A model generated the notes under the pieces. That model was not told where the DNA came from. It did not search any database and saw only the letters and a list, made by a program, of their open reading frames with translations. 34,051 nucleotides of DNA, from assembly GCA_964374085.1 (NCBI GenBank), contig CAYJXD010000001.1:15378-49428 (forward strand), written 5' to 3'. Origin of the DNA: an uncultured Methanosarcinales archaeon. GTDB lineage: Archaea > Nanobdellota > Nanobdellia > Woesearchaeales > UBA10216. Made by a program: the position numbers and the translations under genes. This document shows, in pieces, positions 15,827 through 24,888 of this stretch (within the stretch, counting starts at the first letter, position 1; each line of letters opens with the position of its first letter).

Positions 15827-18496
15827 ATGGACTTTTATGCTGTTGAGCCAAAAGAGGCGTTCAGGGAGCTTGCAAGCTCTGAGAAAGGGCTTTCAGGCCA
15901 GGAAGCTTCTGATAGATTGAAGAAGCATGGCTTCAACGAGCTGGTGAAAAAGAGAAAAATAACCCCGATAAAGATTTTTCTCAGGCAGTTCAAAAGCTTC
16001 CTGATAATTTTGCTTCTTTTTGCCTCGTTAATCTCAATTTACCCCTTGCAGGATTATCCGGAGGCAGCTGGAATGATTGCAATCCTTCTCCTGACTGCTT
16101 GCCTTGGCTTTGTGCAGGAATACAGGGCAGAGAAGGCTATTGAGGCTTTGGAAAAGATTTCTGCGCCAACTGGAAAAGTTCTCAGGGACGGAAATGTGGT
16201 GAAAATCCCGGCAAAGGAAATAGTTCCCGGCGATGTCATTCTTCTTGAGGCAGGCGACATTTGCCCTGCTGACTCCAGGATTTTCTCTGTTTCAAGCCTG
16301 CAGATTGACGAGGCAGTGCTCACAGGGGAGTCAGTGCCTTCGCCAAAAATAACCGCGAGGTATATCCAGCTCACAACTGTCCCTGACCAGGAGAACATGG
16401 CTTTCGCAGGCACTGTTGTCACTTATGGCAAGGGGCTTGCTGTTGTCACGGCAACTGGAATGAGGACTGAGTTTGGGAAAATAGCCGAATCACTGGCAGA
16501 GCAGGAAGATGGCAAGACGCCTTTGCAAGTAAAATTTGAGGACATGGCAAGGAAGATTGGGATAGGCGTGGTGGTTCTTGTCATTATAGTTTTCCTTTTC
16601 AGGTTTTTCGTCGAGAAGCAGGCTGTTCTTGCAGACCTTCTTATTTTCTCTGTGAGCCTTGCTGTTGCAGCAGTCCCAAGCGCTCTGCCGGCAATAGTAA
16701 CAATCAGCTTTGCACTCGGCGCATCAGCGATGGCAAAGAAAAACATGATTATCAAGAAGCTGCCTGCAACCGAGAGCATTGGAGCTGTTACGTTCATCTG
16801 CAGCGACAAGACTGGAACGCTGACAAAAAACCAGATGACTGCAACCCGTGTTTTTGCGAACAATGAAGTGATTGAGGTCACTGGCTCAGGTTACGTTCCA
16901 AGGGGGCAATTCCTTTCTGACGGCAAGCCTGCAAACATAAGGCAGCTTTCCCAGCTTTTGAAAATCGCGACTTTGTGCAGCAACGCAAAGCTTTCCAGGA
17001 AGGGCAAGTCCTATGAAGTCATCGGAGACCCGACAGAGGGCTCGCTGCTTGTTCTGGCTGAAAAGGCTGGCTTCAGTGCTGGAAAAAACACCCAGGTTGC
17101 AGAGCTGCCTTTTGACTCTGAAAGGAAGCTGATGACAGTCATATCAAAATCCTCAAGGACAGAGGCTTATGTGAAAGGCGCCCCTGACATCATCCTGAAG
17201 CTATGCAAAAGCGTTCTGGTGAATGGGAAAGTCAAGCCGCTAACTCCAAAGGAAAGGCAGCGGATTTCAAAGGCAAATGATGCCTTTGCAAGCAGCGCTT
17301 TGAGGGTTCTTGGGTTTGCATACAAGCAAGTTCCTCAAATGAAAAAATATGAGAAAGGCACTGTCGAGAAAGGGCTCATATTTGTCGGGCTGGTTGGAAT
17401 GATTGACCCTCCAAGGGAGGAAGTGAAAGAAGCAGTGATTAAATGCCAGGAAGCAGGGATAAAAATCATGGTCATTACTGGAGACCATCCCCTGACGACA
17501 AGGGCAATTGCAAGGCAGCTGAACTTGATGGGTGAGACAGATGTCATTCTCACAGGGGATGAGATTGAGAAGATGAATGATTCCGAGCTGTATGAAAGGA
17601 TTGAGGAAGTCAGGATAATTGCAAGGGCAATGCCCTCCCACAAGTCAAGGATTGTGGACATGCTGAAAAGGAAGAAGCATGTTGTGGCAATGACAGGAGA
17701 CGGGGTCAATGACGCGCCTGCATTGAAGAAGGCTGATGTCGGCATTGCAATGGGAATAACAGGAAGCGATGTCGCAAAGGAAGCTGCTGAATCAACCCTT
17801 GTTGATGACAACTTTGCAAGCATTGTGAATGCTGTCAGCGAGGGAAGGAATATTTTTGACAAGATAATAAAGTCCGCAAGGTATCTTCTGTCGTGCAACC
17901 TTGGCGAAATATTTGCCGTTTTCTTTGCAGTCCTGCTGAGGCTGCCAATGCCCCTTCTCCCGCTTCAGATATTGATGATGAACATTCTCACTGATGGCTT
18001 GCCTGCGCTTGGCCTGAGCGCTGAATCCTCAGAGGATGATGTGATGAAACGCGCTCCAAGAGACCCCAAGAAAGGCATCTTCACAAAAGGCATGCTGATG
18101 CTGACTGTAGGTTTCGGAATAATAATGGGAATCGGGACATTGCACATTTTCAGGCATTATTACCTTGAAACCAATAACCTTGCATATGCCCAGACAGTTG
18201 CATTCACCACGCTTGTGATGTTCGAGATGTTCGCAGTCATCGGAAACCGCTCGCTGCATCCTTTCAGGAAGCTGAACATATTCAGCAACAAGTGGCTTTT
18301 GCTGGGGATAATCAGCTCGGTGCTGTTGCAAGTTGCGGTTATTTATTTTTCACCATTGCAAACAGTCTTTGGAACAGTGCCCATTACTCTCGAGGACTGG
18401 ATGAAAATCCTCATGGTCTCGAGCGCAGGCTTCTTTGTGATGGAGATTGGGAAGTTTATTATTCCGGAAAAGAGCCATCATCCTTCCCCTGCCTAA
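15827..18496 (+). CDS. P-type cation-transporting ATPase, P2 (Ca2+-ATPase-like)
   Basis: Cation_ATPase_N-like start, TGES, CSDKTGTLT, TGDHPLTT, MTGDGVNDAPALKKADVGIAMG and about 10 TM segments. Confidence 0.95.
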   Translation: MDFYAVEPKEAFRELASSEKGLSGQEASDRLKKHGFNELVKKRKITPIKIFLRQFKSFLIILLLFASLISIYPLQDYPEAAGMIAILLLTACLGFVQEYRAEKAIEALEKISAPTGKVLRDGNVVKIPAKEIVPGDVILLEAGDICPADSRIFSVSSLQIDEAVLTGESVPSPKITARYIQLTTVPDQENMAFAGTVVTYGKGLAVVTATGMRTEFGKIAESLAEQEDGKTPLQVKFEDMARKIGIGVVVLVIIVFLFRFFVEKQAVLADLLIFSVSLAVAAVPSALPAIVTISFALGASAMAKKNMIIKKLPATESIGAVTFICSDKTGTLTKNQMTATRVFANNEVIEVTGSGYVPRGQFLSDGKPANIRQLSQLLKIATLCSNAKLSRKGKSYEVIGDPTEGSLLVLAEKAGFSAGKNTQVAELPFDSERKLMTVISKSSRTEAYVKGAPDIILKLCKSVLVNGKVKPLTPKERQRISKANDAFASSALRVLGFAYKQVPQMKKYEKGTVEKGLIFVGLVGMIDPPREEVKEAVIKCQEAGIKIMVITGDHPLTTRAIARQLNLMGETDVILTGDEIEKMNDSELYERIEEVRIIARAMPSHKSRIVDMLKRKKHVVAMTGDGVNDAPALKKADVGIAMGITGSDVAKEAAESTLVDDNFASIVNAVSEGRNIFDKIIKSARYLLSCNLGEIFAVFFAVLLRLPMPLLPLQILMMNILTDGLPALGLSAESSEDDVMKRAPRDPKKGIFTKGMLMLTVGFGIIMGIGTLHIFRHYYLETNNLAYAQTVAFTTLVMFEMFAVIGNRSLHPFRKLNIFSNKWLLLGIISSVLLQVAVIYFSPLQTVFGTVPITLEDWMKILMVSSAGFFVMEIGKFIIPEKSHHPSPA

Positions 18497-18529
18497 GTTT
18501 TTTATACTTCTTGTTGTTACCGCATTTTC

Positions 18530-20227
18530 ATGGAACAGCAGCTCACTGGCAGCTTCTTCCCGGAAATCATATCTGCAATAAAGGCAGGAATGAGCGGCGA
18601 AGAGCTTTCGAGGCTTAAAATAAAGCTGTGCAGCAAGCACGGTGTCAAAAAGATACCTACTGACATAGAAATCCTTCTCCATGCTTCAGAGGAAGAGCTC
18701 AAGGAGATTAAGCTGGTGACAAAGCCCACAAGGACCATAAGCGGAGTTGCTCCTGTCGCATTGATGACTGCGCCGATGAGCTGCCCGCATGGGAAATGCA
18801 CTTTCTGCCCTGGAGGGCCGAATTCTGTTTTCGGCGATGTGCCGCAAAGCTACACCGGAAAAGAGCCTTCGACAATGAGGGGAATAAGGGCTTCCTTTGA
18901 CCCTTACCTCATGGTGTTCAGCAGGCTGGAGCAATACACTGTTACAAACCACAACTTTGACAAGGTTGAAGTCATAGTCCAGGGCGGGACATTCCCCTCG
19001 GCACACGAGTCTTACCAGGAAAATTTCATGATGCATTCGTTCAAGGCGATGAATGACTTCTCAGAAATGTTTTTCCCTAATGGAAGCCTTGACTTTGTGA
19101 AATTCAAGGATTTCTTTGAGCTTCCAGGCGACATAAGGAACAATGAAAGGGCAGAAAGGCTAAGAAAAAAGATTTTGCAGCTGAAAGACAAGGGCGCAAC
19201 AACACTCGAGCGTGAGCAGCAGCGGAATGAAACAGCAAAATCCAGGTGTGTTGCCCTCTGCATTGAGACAAAGCCTGACTTCAGCAAGGAGGAGCACATT
19301 GATGAAATGCTGAAGCTTGGCACTACAAGGGTTGAGCTTGGAGTCCAGACTCTTCATGATGAGATACTCACTAAGGTAAACAGGGGGCATCTGATGGCAG
19401 ACACTTATGAGGCTGTGCAGCTCCTCAAGGATTCTTTCCTTAAAGTCGGATTCCACCTGATGCCAGGGCTTCCCGGCTCAAGCAGGGAAATGGACATTGA
19501 TGTTTTCAAACAGACTTTTGAAAACCCAGACCTTAAGCCAGATAACCTTAAGATTTACCCGTGCCTTGTAATGCCTGGCACAGAGCTTTACGACGACTGG
19601 AAGAAAGGGCTGTTCACGCCGATAACAACAGCGCAGGCTGCAGACATAATTGTTGAGGGCAAGAGGTTCATTCCAGAGTATTGCCGCGTCATGCGAGTTC
19701 AGAGGGACATTCCAACTTATGTCACTTCAGCAGGGGTTGACCGCACCAATTTAAGGCAGTATGTTGAGCAGCTGAAATCAGAGAAAAACGTCATATGCAG
19801 ATGCATCAGGTGCAGGGAGCCGATGAAAAAGGAAGTTGACATTGGAAACGTGAAAATAAAAAGAACGAGCTATGATTCAAGCGGCGGAACAGAAATTTTC
19901 ATTTCAGCAGAGGACCTGAAGAATGACCTTCTGCTCGGCTTTTGCAGGCTCAGGATTCCATTCAGGCCGTTCAGGAAGGAAATAACTTTGGATTCAGCCG
20001 GAGTCAGGGAATTGCACGTGTTCGGTCCAGCCGCAGGGCTTAAGATGCCTGGCACTGTCCAGCACAGGGGCTTTGGAAAAGCGCTTTTAGCCGAGGCTGA
20101 ATCAATTGCAAAAAATGAATTCAAAAAAAAGAAGCTGATTGTCATCTCAGGGATTGGAGCAAGGGAATATTACCTTAAGCTTGGCTATGAGAGGAATGGG
20201 GCTTATATGTCCAAGCTATTGCAGTAG
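18530..20227 (+). CDS. elp3: Elp3-type radical SAM / GNAT tRNA U34 modification enzyme
   Basis: CPHGKCTFCPGG cluster, a radical-SAM core, and a C-terminal acetyltransferase region (HRGFGKALLAEAE). Confidence 0.93.
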   Translation: MEQQLTGSFFPEIISAIKAGMSGEELSRLKIKLCSKHGVKKIPTDIEILLHASEEELKEIKLVTKPTRTISGVAPVALMTAPMSCPHGKCTFCPGGPNSVFGDVPQSYTGKEPSTMRGIRASFDPYLMVFSRLEQYTVTNHNFDKVEVIVQGGTFPSAHESYQENFMMHSFKAMNDFSEMFFPNGSLDFVKFKDFFELPGDIRNNERAERLRKKILQLKDKGATTLEREQQRNETAKSRCVALCIETKPDFSKEEHIDEMLKLGTTRVELGVQTLHDEILTKVNRGHLMADTYEAVQLLKDSFLKVGFHLMPGLPGSSREMDIDVFKQTFENPDLKPDNLKIYPCLVMPGTELYDDWKKGLFTPITTAQAADIIVEGKRFIPEYCRVMRVQRDIPTYVTSAGVDRTNLRQYVEQLKSEKNVICRCIRCREPMKKEVDIGNVKIKRTSYDSSGGTEIFISAEDLKNDLLLGFCRLRIPFRPFRKEITLDSAGVRELHVFGPAAGLKMPGTVQHRGFGKALLAEAESIAKNEFKKKKLIVISGIGAREYYLKLGYERNGAYMSKLLQ

Positions 20228-20557
20228 CTTATCAGGGCTCCTGTTCCTGACTATGGCATCAGGCAGCCTGTTGAGCCAATACATCAGCCTGCCGCCGCCA
20301 TAAATCGGGATTGACCTTCCTAGCTTTGTTGGATAGTCATACAGAATGAATTCTGCCAGCTCCCTTGTCTTTGCAACTCCTGTAATGGCTGCCTCAATCG
20401 GGTATGCGGCGTTTCCAAAGGTTGGAATTGGAGATACAATCAGGGCAATCAGCTGCTCTGTCTTGAGGAACTCAACTCCTCCATTCCATGCGCCTTTCAA
20501 TCCATGCTCACTGATTTCATTTCCAGCATAGCTCACTTTTTGTGCAAGCCCATCCAT
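20216..20557 (-). CDS. hypothetical protein
   Basis: ORF whose ATG is 28 nt from a TATA element. It overlaps the elp3 3' end by 12 nt. No family recognised. Confidence 0.35.
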   Translation of the reverse strand: MDGLAQKVSYAGNEISEHGLKGAWNGGVEFLKTEQLIALIVSPIPTFGNAAYPIEAAITGVAKTRELAEFILYDYPTKLGRSIPIYGGGRLMYWLNRLPDAIVRNRSPDKLLQ

Positions 20558-20598
20558 ATGGAGATTAGAAAAAAGGGGCGATATAAAAATATTTAGAA

Positions 20599-20973
20599 TT
20601 ATTCCTTCTTCTGCTTGAAGCTCCTTATCAGGTCTATGAAGTATTTGCCTTCGTCTATCTTGTAGATTAATGGCTCGTTCTTGAACAATTGCACAATGTC
20701 AAGCTCGTATTTGCCTGGCTTTTCAACTCTTATTGTCTCCAAGTCAAGGACAACCGGCTCGTCAAGCTGCTCCTCATCGCCCACTATTTCACGCACATCT
20801 TCTTCTATCTGCTCTTTTTCTGTCTGGGAAAGGTTCAATGCCATGGATTTCATCTTCTCAAGCTTCTCCTTCTTGATGTAGAAGAACAGCTTTCCGCCGC
20901 AGGCGCAGCCCTTGATTATTGCGTCTGCATTCTCCTCATAGAAAGTGTTGCACCTTACGCATTGGTGTGGCAT
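20599..20973 (-). CDS. Zn-ribbon protein (archaeal DUF2072-like)
   Basis: MPHQCVRCNTFYE...GCACGGKLFFY, followed by an acidic C-terminal region. It is the last gene of the GTPase operon. Confidence 0.75.
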   Translation of the reverse strand: MPHQCVRCNTFYEENADAIIKGCACGGKLFFYIKKEKLEKMKSMALNLSQTEKEQIEEDVREIVGDEEQLDEPVVLDLETIRVEKPGKYELDIVQLFKNEPLIYKIDEGKYFIDLIRSFKQKKE

Positions 20974-20975
20974 TC

Positions 20976-21374
20976 TTACCTTTTCCTTTTCCTTCCGTTT
21001 AGCCTCTTTGCTTCCACTGTCAATAACTGTATCTTGTCAGGGTCTTTCTTTATTTCCTTTATGACAGTTGCAGGCCCTATTATTGTTATGCCGTGCCTTC
21101 CCCCGGAAAGCAGGTTTAGCAGGCTTCTCTGCACTTTCTTTACAAGCCCCTGCTCTTTCTTGTCTGAAGTGACAACAGACAGCTCGATTCCCTTGAACTT
21201 GCCGTTGATTGCTGCCATTGTTGTCTTTATCAGGTCTGCTTCCTCTTCCTTTGTGAGCCTTCCTTCAAGAAGTATTATTTTCTCGTCCTTCACCGCATCA
21301 ACAAGCTTCTTTATCCTCCTTTCAGGGCTGAGATGCGATATTTCATTGAACGGTATGAACTGGAGCGTAAGCAT
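20976..21374 (-). CDS. conserved archaeal protein (DUF2073-like)
   Basis: LQFIPFNEISHLSPERRIKKLVDAVKDEKIILLEGRLTKEEEADLIKTTM pattern. There are 2-nt gaps to both neighbours. Confidence 0.7.
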   Translation of the reverse strand: MLTLQFIPFNEISHLSPERRIKKLVDAVKDEKIILLEGRLTKEEEADLIKTTMAAINGKFKGIELSVVTSDKKEQGLVKKVQRSLLNLLSGGRHGITIIGPATVIKEIKKDPDKIQLLTVEAKRLNGRKRKR

Positions 21375-21376
21375 TT

Positions 21377-22009
21377 TTACCTTGCAATTTTGAAAAGCGA
21401 CTCGTAAAACTTGTCCATGTTTGTTCCAAACTTGGCTGAAATGCCCACAACTCCGTATTGCGGGAATGCAGACTGTACTTTTTTTAAGCTTGACCTCTTC
21501 AGGTCTGTCTTGTTTGCAACTATCAGCACAGGTATCTTCCTTGCCTCAAGGTTGCCGATTATGGTTATGTTGACCTGGCTGTAAGGGTCCTTTGTCGAGT
21601 CTAAAGTCACGATGACTGCATCCATGTCATCCAGCCATTTTATCGCCTCTATCACTCCCCTTGTCGCTTCCTTTGCCCTTTTCTTTGACTCCCTTGTGCT
21701 CAATCCTGCCCTGACAAAGTCCTCATAGTCTATCTTCGTGGCAATTCCGGGCGTGTCCACAAGGTTGAACAGCAGCTCTTTTCTTCCATGCTTTATCTTT
21801 ATCTGCTCCTTGATGTTTATTTCCCTTGTCTCGTGCGGGATATGGGATACAGTTCCCATTTTCTCGCCAAGCCAGTCCTCGCATATTTTGTTTGCGATGG
21901 TCGTTTTTCCGCCATTCGGCGGCCCATAGAGGCCCAGTTTAATGTTGCCTTTTTTCCTGAACATCCGGCTGAAAAGTTTCTGGACAAAATTGTGCAATAT
22001 AGTTATCAT
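21377..22009 (-). CDS. small Era/MMR_HSR1-like GTPase
   Basis: G1 GPPNGGKT, G3 DTPG, G4 NKTD and G5 SAK. I preferred ATG 22009 over the listed TTG 22030. Confidence 0.85.
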   Translation of the reverse strand: MITILHNFVQKLFSRMFRKKGNIKLGLYGPPNGGKTTIANKICEDWLGEKMGTVSHIPHETREINIKEQIKIKHGRKELLFNLVDTPGIATKIDYEDFVRAGLSTRESKKRAKEATRGVIEAIKWLDDMDAVIVTLDSTKDPYSQVNITIIGNLEARKIPVLIVANKTDLKRSSLKKVQSAFPQYGVVGISAKFGTNMDKFYESLFKIAR

Positions 22010-22097
22010 TTTCCCTCTTTCTGCCAGCAAAAACTCCTTCCCTCAATATAAAAATATTGTGGTAAAGTTTAAATACGCCGTTTCCCAGTTTTGCCTC

Positions 22098-22640
22098 ATG
22101 ATAGAAGAGGTGAAGAGGGATATTCTTTCTGTTCTCCGCGATGCAGAAGCCGCTGCAATAAAGAGGGATTCCCTGCACCTGAAGGAGATTAGCAGCCACA
22201 CTGTCCACAATTCCTCAATATTCCAGGATGAGGACTCTATATCGATTGCAGTCGTGATTTACTCCCTTTCAAAGATTTGCGAGAGAAATGACTCGAGCCT
22301 TGATGCCGCCTCAAGGATGCTGAAGCACGCAAGGGTTCACCTTCAGAAGGATGAGATTCACAGGTATAAGCATGTCATAAGGAAGCTGGCACAGTTCATA
22401 TCAAGGCTGGACAGCAAGTTCAGCATCTATGTGCAGGATGTGTTTGACCAGGCTGAGATAAAGAAGGGCTCGCGGCTCTATTACCATGGCATCTCGCTTG
22501 GCCAGTCCGCCAGCTTATTGGGCGTTTCCCAGTGGGAGCTGATGAGCTATGTCGGAAAAACGCAGATGATTGACAACTCAGAGCGCATCGGCAATGTAAG
22601 GCAGAGGATTGGCTTCGCAAGGAAGCTTTTTTCAAAATGA
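22098..22640 (+). CDS. hypothetical helical protein with a C-terminal UPF0175-like HTH
   Basis: ISLGQSASLLGVSQWELMSYVG resembles the HTH of UPF0175-type antitoxins. ATG 22098 is 27 nt from TATA gtttaaata. The stop overlaps the next ATG (ATGA). Confidence 0.55.
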   Translation: MIEEVKRDILSVLRDAEAAAIKRDSLHLKEISSHTVHNSSIFQDEDSISIAVVIYSLSKICERNDSSLDAASRMLKHARVHLQKDEIHRYKHVIRKLAQFISRLDSKFSIYVQDVFDQAEIKKGSRLYYHGISLGQSASLLGVSQWELMSYVGKTQMIDNSERIGNVRQRIGFARKLFSK

Positions 22641-23335
22641 AATCTATTGTTTTCGACGCAGGCCCTGTAATCAGCTTGTCAATGAACAGCCTTCTGTGGC
22701 TGCTTGCTCCCTTGAGGAAAAAATTCAATGGCGACTTCTACATTTCAGAGGATGTGAGGAAGGAGCTGGTTGAGAGGCCGATGGAGATAAAGAGGTTTGA
22801 GTTTGAGGCGCTGCAGATTCAGGGCGAGATTGACACGAATGTGCTTAGGGTTGTTTCAGGAGAGAAAATAGACGCGGTTTCCAGGGAGCTTGGAAGGTTT
22901 GCCAACAGCTCTTTCATTGCAAAGGGAACTCAGCTGAAGATAGTGCATCCCGGCGAAATTTCAACTCTTGCCTCTGTTATTGCCCTCGAGTCAGAATCAG
23001 CCGTGATAGATGAGCGCACAACAAGGCTTCTTGTCGAGAGCCCTGAGCGCATTGCAAAGCACATGCAGGACAAGCTGCACACAAAAGTCACTATCAATTA
23101 TCCAGCCCTGAAGGAGCTTCAGAAAAGGATTGGCAGGATAAAAGTCATAAGGTCAGTGGAATTGGTTGCTGTAGCATACGAAATGGGGCTTCTTGATGTT
23201 TACATAAACAAGATCAATAATCCTTCAAAAGAAGTGAGAAAGCAGCTTCTTGGCGCTGTGCTTTGGGGAGTTAAGCTTGACGGCTGCGCAGTCAGCGAGA
23301 AGGAGATAAGGCAGATAGTGAAGATGCTGGGCTAG
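22637..23335 (+). CDS. PIN-like (PIN_3/DUF3368-like) domain protein, extended
   Basis: IVFDAGPVISL, HPGEISTLASVIALESESAVIDERTTR and SVELVAVAYEMGLLD follow the D...GE..I.LA...DE..R pattern of that PIN clade. Confidence 0.6.
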   Translation: MKSIVFDAGPVISLSMNSLLWLLAPLRKKFNGDFYISEDVRKELVERPMEIKRFEFEALQIQGEIDTNVLRVVSGEKIDAVSRELGRFANSSFIAKGTQLKIVHPGEISTLASVIALESESAVIDERTTRLLVESPERIAKHMQDKLHTKVTINYPALKELQKRIGRIKVIRSVELVAVAYEMGLLDVYINKINNPSKEVRKQLLGAVLWGVKLDGCAVSEKEIRQIVKMLG

Positions 23336-24279
23336 CCTTTCCTTATTTTCGCGACAAAAAACCCTTCTGTGTCATTGTCCTGCGGCCATATCCTGAGGCA
23401 TTTTGAGATTTCCTCATCGTATTTCTTGCCCTCGAATTCCAGTATCAGCTTCGCCCTGTTTATTTTCATCCTGATGCCCATTATTTCTGCGCCCTCCTCT
23501 TTCTTCAGCAAATGGTCAATGACTGCCTCATTCTCCTCTGGCTCCATTGAGCACGTTGAGTAAGCCATTGTTCCCCCTTCTTTCAGCAGCGAATATGCCT
23601 TGCCAATGAGCCCTTTCTGCATTGCAGCAAGCCTTGTCACGGCAGTGTAATTGTAATGTATGAGCGACTTGAAATTCCTCCTTATCGTTCCTGTGGCTGA
23701 GCAAGGGGCATCAACCAAAATCCTGTCAAACTTCAGTTTTTCAAGCGCCCTTCCCTCTGAGTGGGTTATTATCGTGTTTGACACGCCTGACCTGTTCAAA
23801 TTCAGTCCCAATGCCTTTATCCTGTCCCCATCAACATCATTTGCTATTATTATGCCCTTGTTCTCCATCATCGCAGCCATCTGTGTTGTCTTGCTTCCAG
23901 GCGCTGCGCACATGTCAAGCACTAGCTCTCCGGGTTTCGGTTCAAGTGCTTCAGGCGGTATCATTGATGCTGCGTCCTGCACATAGAAATACCCGAGTAT
24001 GTGCTCCGGAAGGTTGCCTATGTCAAGCCTCTCTCCCTTTATCCAGAAGCCTTCCTTGCACCACGGAACCTGGGTCAGCTTCCAGCTTCCCTCAAGCCTT
24101 TTCTTCAGCTCAGGGATTCTTATCTTGAGCGTATTCACCCTGATGCTCCGCCTGATGAATGACATCGAGTATTTCATGAACTCTGCATATTCATCCCCGA
24201 GCAGAGCCTTGTACCTGTTTGAGAATTCTTCCTTTACCGGGATTTTTTCAGTCTCTGGTATGTGCCTTAGAACCTGCAT
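23332..24279 (-). CDS. NOL1/NOP2/Sun-family RNA cytosine-C5 methyltransferase
   Basis: VLDMCAAPGSKT, ILVDAPCSATG and YSTCSMEPEENE. ATG 24279 lies 1 nt after the upstream stop; the listed longer start was rejected. Confidence 0.9.
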   Translation of the reverse strand: MQVLRHIPETEKIPVKEEFSNRYKALLGDEYAEFMKYSMSFIRRSIRVNTLKIRIPELKKRLEGSWKLTQVPWCKEGFWIKGERLDIGNLPEHILGYFYVQDAASMIPPEALEPKPGELVLDMCAAPGSKTTQMAAMMENKGIIIANDVDGDRIKALGLNLNRSGVSNTIITHSEGRALEKLKFDRILVDAPCSATGTIRRNFKSLIHYNYTAVTRLAAMQKGLIGKAYSLLKEGGTMAYSTCSMEPEENEAVIDHLLKKEEGAEIMGIRMKINRAKLILEFEGKKYDEEISKCLRIWPQDNDTEGFFVAKIRKG

Positions 24280-24280
24280 G

Positions 24281-24886
24281 TCATATCGGGTGTGTGCCAA
24301 GCAGCAGCGAGCTAAGCCCTGCTGAAACCACGCCTGCAAGTATCATGATCAGCCCTGTCCTTATAATGTTTTCCCTGGTAAGCCTTCCAAGAAAGACTCC
24401 GAGAAGGAAAAGCGAGATGAAAGCAAGCGATATTGAGGCAACATACAGGCTTTGAATTGGAAGCGCCCCTCTTAGAAAGAGGAATGGGGAAAGGACAATC
24501 AATGATGCAAGGAACGGCGCCAAGCCGTCAATGAACGCGATGACAAAAACAGCTGCATTGGCTGCTCGTCCTATCTTTGTGCCTTTTAATTTTGACAAGG
24601 TTGCCCTTTCAAGCTCCCTTAGCTCCAGCTGCCTTTCAGCCCTTTCAGTCAGGTAAGCTCCCCAAATTCCGGAAACTCCCATGGCTATGCCTGCGCCTAT
24701 TCCTGTGCTTATCACAACCGTTGGAGTTGCTGAGACAGCCATGCTTCCCATCAGGATTCCCAGTATTGCAAGAACCCCGTCAAAAGCATTCATCACAAAA
24801 TAGCGCCTTGCAATCTTCTCTATCTTGGCAATCCTGTTGTAATCTTTTAGAACCTTAAGTAACTCTGATAATGAAATTATCCTCAT
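24281..24886 (-). CDS. VIT1/CCC1-like membrane protein
   Basis: ARRYFVMNAFDGVLAILGILMG, followed by TM segments and a central helical ERAERQLELRELE. ATG is at 24886; the alternative GTG 24892 overlaps the DUF211 stop. Confidence 0.75.
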   Translation of the reverse strand: MRIISLSELLKVLKDYNRIAKIEKIARRYFVMNAFDGVLAILGILMGSMAVSATPTVVISTGIGAGIAMGVSGIWGAYLTERAERQLELRELERATLSKLKGTKIGRAANAAVFVIAFIDGLAPFLASLIVLSPFLFLRGALPIQSLYVASISLAFISLFLLGVFLGRLTRENIIRTGLIMILAGVVSAGLSSLLLGTHPI

Positions 24887-24888
24887 CT

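Noticed and set aside
16054-17898. Several minus-strand ORFs (122-187 aa) inside the P-type ATPase gene
   Set aside because: They are antisense to a gene with unambiguous family motifs throughout.
20689-21393. 234-aa plus-strand ORF
   Set aside because: It is entirely antisense to the Zn-ribbon and DUF2073-like genes. Its composition is low-complexity and L/F/S-rich, typical of the reverse frame of K/E-rich genes. It has no promoter-like element.
21942-22097. N-terminal extension of ORF 21942..22640
   Set aside because: It would overlap the GTPase gene start and both TATA boxes in the divergent spacer. ATG 22098 sits 27 nt from a TATA element.
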